This document shows positions 27,870 to 37,670 of a stretch of DNA of 64,000 nucleotides, one piece after another (position 1 is the first letter of the stretch; every line of letters begins with the position of its first letter). A program made the position numbers and the translations under genes. The notes beneath the pieces are model-generated. The model was given only the letters and a program-made list of their open reading frames with translations, ran no database searches and was not told the DNA's origin. The DNA lies in NCBI GenBank assembly GCA_023920165.1, contig CP089276.1:682001-746000 (forward strand). The letters run 5' to 3'. This stretch comes from Curvularia clavata. Lineage: Eukaryota.

Positions 27870-28432
27870 AGCAGGCGTACGAAAGAGTACAATAGCAATT
27901 ACGGGCAGGTGTAAAGAGGCAGATACAGCCCCATTGATGAGAAGAAACTGGTTGTAGCAACCTCTAAATGCAAATAGGATAGAAAGAATGAGATCCATGG
28001 TCCTTCGGAAGGTAGCAAAGGCACCACATTAACCTGACCCCGCAGCTGAAAAGCGCCACGCCGCATCATCAACGTATGTGTATGCATAAGTGACATGATT
28101 TATAAGGCTATAGAGTGGCATCAGCTGCGGATATACTCTCAGCGCTCACCGGTTCCACGTTGGCCTGATCGTTCTACGTCTCCATAAATTATTGGATCAA
28201 TATAGACACCACTAAACATGAAGTCAAATTCTTCGGAAAATTGTGCTGTAAAAGTGATTAAATTCAACGTCTTGCAGATGAGATGCTCAATATTTGCTCG
28301 CATAAGGACTTCTCCACAGATACATTGGCATCCAGTTGTTCAACGGAGCACGTCCTGCATTATTGCTTCACAAACTATTTAGATAGGACTATACTTGAAG
28401 CCAAAACTCAAGACATGGATGTTGGCCAGACG

Positions 28433-29261
28433 TTAAAGGTTAATATTTCCATGCTGGGTTACGTTATGCCCTATGATTCCAACCTTACTGTTGTTTGTAT
28501 GAAATGTGGCACCATGCTTGCTGTCCTTCTAAACAGTCAGTCACAGTCACAGCTACTCCCAGGCTACGTTTACTTACGGCAGCTCCAATAGCCGCAGATA
28601 TGGCCGCCTCCAGCTCCTTGTCCTGTGATCGGACGATCTCTCTTAAGACAGGCAAGCCCTCTTCGCCAATCTCACGGACTTCATCCTCGCAAAGTTTGCG
28701 CTGCTCCTGCTTTACAGCTGGGAGAAAATCTGGGAGGGTGTCGACTAGGTCCTTGATATCTTCAATCAGCCTCTTGAAGTATCTTTCCTCATATAGCGCC
28801 CACTTCGATTTTTGGGCCAGCGTGCTTTTATTCTGACGCTTGATGCATAACTTGCGCATTTTCTCATGTAGCGACTGGCCGACAGAGTCCATATTGGCCT
28901 TCACCTCGAGTGCGGCGAGATCTGGGTCGTCTGCTCGCTTGCGATGCTTGAATTTGGCGGAGCGTTTCTCGACGTCATCGAATAGGTCCAGTATTTGACC
29001 CAGTACTTCCTCAGCCTTTTCTATGTCTTCCTGCTTGACGCCCGCGGCTTCCAGTGATCGAACGTTCTTTAGATCACCACTGAGGCCTACAGATTCACCC
29101 CATCGTGAGAGCCGTAGCCTCGCATGGTCCAGTTTCAGCAGGCTAGTCTGGAAATTGGTGCCAAAGCTGCGGCCAAGCTGGACATACTCGAAGCATTCCA
29201 CAGCGCTGTTGAAGAGGCCTGCAAGCCCTACGATACCGACGGCGACGCCGACCGTTTCCAT
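28433..29261 (-). CDS. HET-S-like HeLo-domain cell-death effector with a C-terminal putative prion-forming/amyloid motif; 259 aa
   Basis: N-terminus METVGVAVGIVGLAGLFNSAVECFEYVQLGRSFGTNFQTSLLKLDHARLRLSRWGESV closely follows HET-S; KWALYE…LIEDI…LVD motif. Intron 28529-28577 (GTAAGT…CTGAC…TTTAG); last exon KDSKHGATFHTNNSKVGIIGHNVTQHGNINL*. Confidence 0.9.
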
Positions 29262-30257
29262 ATCGAAGGTTTTTCTGATTGAACAGAGACGTAAGATGAA
29301 AATTGTCGAGGGCAATAGTCCACACAATATTACCGATTTATTGAGAAGCAAGCTGGTGCGATGCCTAGGAGCTGGGCGCTTGAATGTAGAATAGAGATAA
29401 CAATGTGGCCAAGAAATAATAGGTCCTTTTAATATACTGTGACTATGTGGCGCAGGGCGTCTCAGCTAGGGGGATGATTATCAATTCTGCCTTACGAAGT
29501 GCCTAGACACAGCCCACCTCTGCATCTGCCCTTGGCACGCAAAAGGAATTATCTTGACGAACTCTATAGTCATATCCGCCTACCTAATGGGTTTCCAGAC
29601 GCATGAGGTGATACATAGAGTCTTCATTGTGCAGCTTGGGGTAGCACTGAGAATCTATCGACCTTTCAACGTCAGGAAAGACTCGAACAGTATGAGGAAC
29701 TATAGTTAAACCTTATACATATCAGTAGTGATTGGAGAGCTAGCACATTTCAGCTGTGGCAGATTGAGATGAGATAGATGTCTCAGCTGCATGGCGCTAG
29801 GAGCCTTGGGTGCATCATTATCGGCGCTAAGACGCCCAGTCTAGTCACATGTTTTGCAGCCGCCAGGGTCTAGTAGTGCTGCTTCAGCATCTTGGCTAAC
29901 TATTACGTGCGTGTCACAAGACCTTTTCATCCACTCTCAGTATGGCTGGTATCTGATGTAATTATATTACGTCTGAACTACCTTCGTGGTTGTAGCCTAC
30001 CGCTCAGCTCCAATCCGGTAAAGTCATACAAGTATATCGATGCTGTAACGCAATTACGTCTCTGAACACCAAAACTGGTTTCTGATCTACTCCGATCTTC
30101 CGATGCAATATCGCGGTTTGCTCTTGCTGCTCGCGGGATTAATGGTGGTTTGTTCCAGCGCAGCCGTGATGTATCGTTCCACGAATCTGGCTCTTCAAGT
30201 AGTTTGTAGCTGTATCGCACTGAGCTGAGAGAAACAAGCAGACTTAGCATATGATCA

Positions 30258-30300
30258 ACACACACATACACACACACATATATATGTGTGTGTGTACACG
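30258..30300. repeat. (CA)n/(TA)n/(TG)n compound microsatellite containing a 30-bp perfect palindrome (30267-30296)
   Basis: tacacacacacatatatatgtgtgtgtgta read directly from the sequence. Confidence 0.9.
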
Positions 30301-30490
30301 TATACAGGAAAAAGTGGGAGATTTTGGCGAAATGATAAGGTCTTGATATTTATATTCTCAAGCGTTTTGTACGAACAAACCGAAAAAGAAGAATAGATAT
30401 GAATATGTACAGTTTAAAGAATGAGGACTGCCCACAGCCGCCCACTTTTGTCCCAAGTAGTCCCACAAATCAGCCCAACAAGACTACTTT

Positions 30491-31597
30491 CTAATGGAAG
30501 TAGCTCTTAATCTTGGGCAGAATGTTAATCCAAGCAGCACCAGTGGTAGGCTCCATGCTGTACATGTAGTCACCCCACCAGGGGCCAGCAGCCCACCAAG
30601 CAGCACCCATCCAGACGTCCGAGTTCTTCTTCATGTAGTCAAGACCACCCTGGAGAGCCGTAATACACTGGGCGTTGCTACCAGCGCCGAACTCGCCAAG
30701 GAAACCCTGGAGCTTGTTGTCCTTGAGCCATTGGGTGGCTGCCTGGAGACGTTCCTGGAGAATGGTGCTGCTAACGCAGTCGGCGTGGGTGCCGGACGAG
30801 TCGCTGTCGAGGTACTGGTGCATCTGGAAGACGAGCTTGTTCTGAGGGTCCTTGAGCTTGATCATGCTTGCGGCGTTGCCAGATGAGACCCAGCTCCAGG
30901 CACCGGTCCAGGAATTGCCCTCAGGGGTGATGTATTGCTTGGTGGCGCCAGCAGCGCGGATTCCGTCGATACCGGCTTGATTGAGGCTGACGACAAGATT
31001 TTGATCCATGTCATGGAACTCATTATTGATATCCAGGATAACCAGCTCGTTGTCCTTAAACGGCGTGGCGACAGTAGTCCACCACTTCTTGAAAGCTGCG
31101 GTATCGGTGATGATCTGGCCGTTGAAGCGGCCGTAGTTGTGTGGCTGGATCATAGCATACGCACCCTTGGAGGTGACGTAGTGCACAAGCTCAGTAAGGT
31201 TTCCAGAGTAGTAGGGGTCCAACGAGCCAGTAAGCCCGCTTGGCGTCAGGCGCTCCATCAAGAAGTTGATGCGGAAAAGGTTCATGCCCTGTGCCAGGAA
31301 TTGGTCAACCTGCTTGGTGTCGATCCAGATGTAGTCCTTGTTGTAGAGGCCGGGAAGGTTAGCCTCGCCAAACTCTGGGCCAGACTCGTTGATACCGAAC
31401 CATTTCAGCTTGCCGCTAGCCTGGCTTGCTGAAGAAGAGCCTGCTGCTGCAGCTGCCGCTGGCGCTGAAGAAGAGCTTGCTGCCGCTGGAGCTGGCGTTG
31501 TAGCAGCCTGAGTGGAACCTTTGGGTTGGTTGCGGTGGGGGCAAGCCAAAGCGGTGCCAGCCAGGGCGACCGCAGCGAGAATGTTGTTAAAAAGCAT
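30491..31597 (-). CDS. Secreted GH5 endo-beta-1,4-glucanase (GH5_5-like)
   Basis: Signal peptide, Ala/Ser linker, GINESGPEFG, PHNYGR, catalytic NNEFHDM and LGEFG, HQYLDSD, WAAGPWWGDY. Confidence 0.93.
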   Translation of the reverse strand: MLFNNILAAVALAGTALACPHRNQPKGSTQAATTPAPAAASSSSAPAAAAAAGSSSASQASGKLKWFGINESGPEFGEANLPGLYNKDYIWIDTKQVDQFLAQGMNLFRINFLMERLTPSGLTGSLDPYYSGNLTELVHYVTSKGAYAMIQPHNYGRFNGQIITDTAAFKKWWTTVATPFKDNELVILDINNEFHDMDQNLVVSLNQAGIDGIRAAGATKQYITPEGNSWTGAWSWVSSGNAASMIKLKDPQNKLVFQMHQYLDSDSSGTHADCVSSTILQERLQAATQWLKDNKLQGFLGEFGAGSNAQCITALQGGLDYMKKNSDVWMGAAWWAAGPWWGDYMYSMEPTTGAAWINILPKIKSYFH

Positions 31598-32878
31598 GGT
31601 AAGGAATGAAATAAGCTGTCTTGGAAAAAAGCTTGGGTTGTCGGCGTACCAAGCAAACTGGGGGCGACCAAGGCTTCTTTATACAAAGGACCATCCAACA
31701 TTAAATAACCACATGGACCACATGGCACATCGCCAGCCGGAATCTAGTGTCCCGTCTCCTCAATAGTATACAATCAATTCCGTCGGTGCTAATATGAAAC
31801 TGGCGCATAGAGAATGGGGTACGCGGTGTTCTGGAGCCGGGATCCAGATTGCATTACCCAAAGCTGCCTCGCTTCGCTCTGATCGGGTAGGGATATGGGT
31901 CATGTGTCGTGCCGCGGACGAAGCAACAGATTGCCATTCGTGGAAGCGGTGGAAACGTGAGGACACGCACGTGTGAAACAATGCGCCATCTGTAAATGCC
32001 GTCAGAGTGTGTGCCGTAATTTCGGGGCTGGCCATGAAACGTTGGACTGGGCATGGATACTCCACGAGGACTAACGTTTTAAACACATGTCACTCGCTGA
32101 TCATAGGCCAAACCCCGTTAGCAAGATTGCCCGTAGATTAATCCTTCTGCGTCCTTACTGTTTTAGTACTAGTGTCATATTTGCCGGTGGGTTTTGACCT
32201 GGGGAACGCTGTCACAGAGGCGATGATGAGAAAGGAAAGGCGCGGGAACGCTAAGCATCAGGAACCGGAAAGTTTAAATTGCTTGACACTTATTATGCAT
32301 TTAGCTTGCTGGACCAGAGCGTAATGTCCACCAAACAAAATTTGTTGACCGCGGTATGAATAGGTTCGTGGTTTTATGAAGGGTTAGGCCTACGTATGCT
32401 TATGCCAGATCGCAGAGCTGTCTCTTCTTACTCAAAACTAGCAGCCGGTCACGTTTTCAGTGTTGCAAATACCTGGTATTGTTAGCAGACCTTGGTTGTA
32501 AAGAGGAGGTGCCTGGGCCTCATGTCGCACAAACAACGACCTCAATCTCGTTCACAGCACCACGTTTTTTGTGGGTAGCCGATCGAACCGGTAGTAACGC
32601 CGGCCCACGCTCTCGGTGCAAATTGTCAGTGCGAACCGTCTGGAAACCCCCCGATACCTGTGGCCTGGAACCGGTCTTGAGTGATCATATGTAGACGAAC
32701 AGGGGCCACCAATCCTGGGCTGTCAGAATGATGTCACTTCATGTGTCCTTCATGTACTTCTTCTACGCAAACATGCAATTGAATTGTGATTATTGCCATT
32801 GAACGCCTACTATGAACATTTCGTCCGATGCAAACCCTGAGCGACTGATATCCAGGACTTCCGCTTGCTGAAAGCTCG

Positions 32879-35493
32879 TCACCGTATGATATTTCGCCGA
32901 TCGGAGACGGGAAACATTTGCTGAGACGAAACACCAAGCTTATTGCTGACCAGATCGCCGGGAGCGTTCTGGCTACTTCTCACACCAGCACGCTGTAACT
33001 TTTTCCATTGGGACTGTGAATAAACAGAAGAAGCAGGGGCCATCGTTAATGGAGCAGTTGGGAGTACCTCCCTGATTTGATTGTAAGCGGAACGTTTTTG
33101 AAAAGAGAGGCTTGCTCCTGCTCGGTTGTATCCCGAAAATTGTTGAGCACACGATGGTCGGATTTGCGAAGGGATGTAAGCCTCATCCTTCCAATACTGT
33201 GGATACTCCGCTTCGGGTCGTCTAATGAATCCAGAAGAATCTAGAAAGCGGCTTTGGTGATGACTTGGGGAAAACGTTGGCTCCGGCCCCACTTGCCTCG
33301 AGCTTTGAGCTAGTTTGTCCGGTGTGTTCCTTGGGCTCACCGGGAAGTCGAAGAAAGAGAGTCCGTTCAGCCCACGGGGCTCAAGCCAAGCGGCCTGTGA
33401 TTTACTTTTCGGTGGCTTTTGAGACCGATAGATCACGGAATGATTTGAACTACCTTCAGGTTCAGTAGGGCCGGACGGCAAATAGGATTGGGCCTGGCGA
33501 TGACCACTCTTAAAATAAGGACTTACAACGGTATCGATCGGGTTGCCCAGATAGTGTCTTTCGGAAGCTGGGGTAGCATGACCAACATCTGGTTGGTTGT
33601 GGTCTCTGTTCGCGTACATGTCAGTTGGTTCGTATTGTGGGTGGTGGCAGTAAGTTCCGGAAGAGACAGAGGATTTGTTTGACGCCTGGTGGAAAGCATC
33701 ATGCCCTGAACCCCAGCGCTCTTCACCTTGCAAACCGGGCTGACTTTTGTATGCATATACTACTTGCCTTTTCATGTTGTCCCCCTGATAACCTGAGCAA
33801 GAGTTCTCGCGAGGGTCTTTCAACTCGAGTTCAACTTCATTATCGTTGGAGAGGACATCCATCAGACGGATGTATGATGGCTCAGCAGATAGTTGAGCAA
33901 CACGCTGCGGGCTCCCGAGATCTGAAAGTTCGGATGGTTTCTCCACGGGAAGAGCACCTGACATATACTGTGGCTCTCCATGGAGCACATCACGGACATG
34001 TTGTCTGATAGACTTGGCAGTCTGGCACCTTCCGTTGTCTTGAATAATTTGAATGTTCCTATCATCCCCTTCTCTTCCTTGCACCACAGGAGAGGACCGA
34101 TCAGTGGAGAACTTCTTCCTCAGGCCAGGGAATATGCTGCGCATCGACTGCATCCTCGATAGTGGCTTCGCTGGGGGTGGCATTTCATGTCGGCCTGAGG
34201 GATGCTCAATCTGCACGTTTTTGGGAAGAGGGGAGTCAAGGCGTTGTCGCTTCATGGGTCGCTGTGCGAAGGGGCTCGAGGATGTTGTACCTACCCTGCC
34301 TGAGGCGTGCGTGGATCTACCAGCAGTATGACTTGAAGCCGTCTTTTGTAACATGGCACCGGAGGCTGCGTCATCGATATTGCGAAGAGCTTCGTAGCTG
34401 TCCAATGCGCTAGGATCATCCCCTTTGAAGTTGGGTATAGGTTCCAGAGGCATGGCAAAGCCCAGCTGGCCAAGTCGCTTCTGCATCTTCTCATTCTGGC
34501 TAAGGAAAAGGTCAGCAGAATAATAGGGATCGATCGGAATGATGTACTTACTCCATCAGCATCGGAACGATATTTAAGTAGTGTCGGATTGCTGATTTGT
34601 TCTTCAAGAACGTCTCTAGATCGCGTGGGTTGACATTGAGATTACGGAAGTGTTCAAGCTTCTGCTCGATACTTTGAAGCCGTTTCACTTCTGCTTTCAT
34701 TGCTTCGAACTGATCTTTTTGCAGTTGCAACTGCTCAAGCTTCTGTTCAATACTTTGAAGCCTCTGTACCTCTACCTGCAATGCTTCCAACTGCATCTGC
34801 AGCTGCTCATTTTCCTTCTTTAGACTGAGCACCTTGGCATGCTCTTCTGACGCGAGCTTTCGCATGGTGCCGAGCTTCCTTTCCGAGTCCGTGAGAGCTT
34901 GTTCAAGCGGCTTGCGGGTTGCATAATTCTTCTGGCAGTATCTTATGAGTGCGATATACTGAAACTACGTCGTGTTAACGAAGTTTGTTCAGGGGTGCAT
35001 AGGGCAGTGCCATACACGTAGAGCATCCATTTCCTTGCCGCTGCAATCAAGCCGGAGTGGTGGTGAGATGAACCAAGAGGGTGGGATCAAAGGGTCATAT
35101 TCGCCCCTGTTGAATCCACGGACAGAGTACAGGAACTGAGGCTCGTGGTTGCCTTTGTCTTTGACACACACAGGACATGGTGCTCTTGGACGCTCTTTGG
35201 CGCTGTGGAAAGGCGCGCCTAGGTATGACTATTAGCAGTTGCTTCGTATCGCATCGTTCTTACTTACCACCACCTTCCAAATGACCACTACAGAAAACAT
35301 GGCTACAGTTAGCGAGGAAGAGCCGAGTCACCAGGCGGTCTTTAGGATTGATGCCATCGGAGAGGCCCAGGACCGTCTCGTCGTGGCCCTCATAGATATC
35401 GGCAAACGAAGCGCCACATAGCGAGCAGGCGAAGATGAAGTTGAGGGGAGCAACGGACGGCTCCATCGGCACTTTCTCAATTGGGGAGCTCAT
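32879..35493 (-). CDS. RING-finger + coiled-coil protein with a long disordered tail; architecture like the Zip3/RNF212 meiotic ligases
   Basis: CSLC…CSHVFCSGH…CPVC RING across intron 35219-35267, LRFQY across intron 34965-35015, coiled coil, intron 34500-34551, then an S/P/Q-rich 535-aa ORF. Family assignment is inferred. Confidence 0.65.
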
Positions 35494-35879
35494 CGCGACG
35501 GGTGTAACAGCGTGTGCTAGTGGAGTAGTGGCGTACAGGTCGTGAATAGGGTGGACTCGTGCGTGATATAGAGTCGAGAAGGAGCAAACGACGGTGCCAA
35601 GACACAAGACCCTGGCGCTTCCTTGCACGGCGGAGTGAAGGTGAGAGTGGGGGTGATAAATGAGAGGTGACAGCACAAACGGGCACGAGACAAATTAGGT
35701 GCATTTACAAAAAAGATACGCAATACACAGAGGTAGGAGCAGCTCAAGTGCAGGTCACAGTCCCATGCAGAGCTTAAAGAACGGGACTGACATGTTTACG
35801 AAAGCGAGTAAAAGAGCCTTCATATTTACAGCAAATCTATCATATTTGTCTTCTCTACCTACCAAGAGAACCATTTTGC

Positions 35880-36585
35880 TTAAGCAAATGTCCGGCATGG
35901 GTATCTGTGTTTTGTTAGCATCACATTTGGCAAGTGGATGGTCTGGGAGCTCACCCATCGCCGTATGACTGCTCAGTCTCCAGCTCATATCGTTTCTTTC
36001 CCTCAACCCCGGTGTCGTGCAGACCGCTTGGTAGTGGAGGCATACCGCCGGGACCCAGTACATCCTTTGCAAGCGCAGTGTTCTTCTCGAATGCGACAGC
36101 GAGTCCCTGTGCACCTTGCTCTTGTGCAGCAACCAAAGACTTAGTGCCTGCCTCGCCAATCAATTCTTGCTTAGGCGCAGCTGCGCTTCCAATCTGAAGC
36201 AACGCAGCAGAGTCGGCTTGGGTAACGGTCGAGAGCCTGGGATAACGTCGTCGCACGTCGCGCTTCCAGTATGGGTTCTCAGCGAGATCAGCAGCAGGGA
36301 CAGTGACGGGGTCATCGTAGGCCATGGGGTCGTTGGCACCGGGGGGCGGGTTGCGGAATTGCGGGTTCAATGGCACACCCGTGGAGCGCTTGGGGTCGAG
36401 GGCGAAGAGCCTGTTTATCGCAGCATAGATTCCGGTAGGCTGGACGGTATATTTCTACATGGGCATCATCAGTATAAGGCCTTCAATTGCAGCAACTGAT
36501 GGGGAGGGGCGTTCGAGTGATGGCATGTCGGTATAGAATTGGGGGGCTGTACCGAGAAGACAGTCGTCTTCAGGTTCTTCGCCAT
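35880..36585 (-). CDS. NADH:ubiquinone oxidoreductase 21.3 kDa subunit (fungal NUO-21.3a type)
   Basis: KYTVQPTG…DPKRSTGVPL…YDDPVTVPAADLAENPYWKRDVRRRYPRLS…YPCRTFA*; introns 36455-36552 and about 35905-35954. Confidence 0.88.
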
Positions 36586-37670
36586 TTTGGGCGCTCAATT
36601 GCCTAGGCAAAACAGAGGAGCGGGATCAGATCGAAGTGTGGGCGTGGTCCTGTTGCGCGTTCAACGTTGCTATCGTGAGGTTGATGTTCGCGAGGCTCGA
36701 CATGTGCCAAGACGGCGATTTCCGCCAGAGAATTGGGGCCTTCTGATTTGCCAATCTCTCTTGAACACCACAGGTTTTGGAATTGCTGTGACGATGCACT
36801 CTCTGAGAGGAGCAACGAATACAGTGTCGTGCAGCTGAGAAGAAGAGCCGCTAAAAGCCTCATGCTGAAATATATCACGAACACGGCCCTTTGTTCTCTG
36901 TTTTGCCTCTAACCCAACGACTTCGGTATGCATTCGAAGGCGAGGCTGACAAGCAAAGGCGCGAACCAACATCGTCTCTGATCGAGACAGCTGAGCGCTA
37001 GATTCTTGGGATTCCCTCTGCACTGACTGAAATCTTATCTTTGGTCGAGATGCAAGTAGCTAAAGATAATGTGGGCAGCGCGGAGAGGATCACGATGGAT
37101 GACGTTAGGGTTGCTTTTTAGCGACTGCTTACATGCATACGCGCACGAGCACGACAGCTGAATACGCTCCAGCTTTCCTCTGCCTCCCACGCCTACGCGC
37201 CTGATATCCGCGACCTTCCTGCTCGTAAACAGCGGGTCGCCCACTGACCTACATCATTATCCGCATTAGCGGCGGGGCCTGCTTGGATATCCGTTACGCT
37301 TGGTTGGGTGCCGCTGCGTTGCTTGGATATCCGACGGTAGCCGCAGTCCACCCCAACATATACCCAGCGTTCCCGCATCGAACCTATGTCGATTCAGCCC
37401 CAGCAACGGAGCAGGTGACTATCCCACCGTGCTCAAATTCTTTGTCATTGCAGATGGGTAGGGTATTGGGGGAACGTGCGGATGGTCGTGGAAGGGCGCT
37501 GTAGTACTTATTCTGGTTTTCCCATGTACCAACCAGCAAATCTTCCGACTGGAATACCATTCTCACTTTGCAACAAGTTTTTTTGTGGCAATGAGATTGA
37601 GTGTATTTCAATAACAACGTCTTCCAAACATCCACAGTCCTACTAGAGACCGATCGCTTGAATTGCTATC

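Noticed and set aside
27870..27998. Hydrophobic 43-aa N-terminal extension of the NLR from the ATG at 27998
   Set aside because: Resembles no NLR effector domain I know; the ATG at 27869 places the motif at the N-terminus as in known systems. Not fully excluded without transcript-start data.
28433..28600. Canonical two-repeat HET-s prion-forming domain
   Set aside because: Only one ~23-aa motif is present and there is no second pseudo-repeat, so the het-s gene symbol was not assigned.
28485..29351. ORF-track 288-aa version of the HeLo protein (MLLNKS… to …SYKQQ)
   Set aside because: The upstream start is non-ATG and would bury the HeLo N-terminal helix; the C-terminus reads through a canonical intron. 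The spliced 259-aa model fits better.
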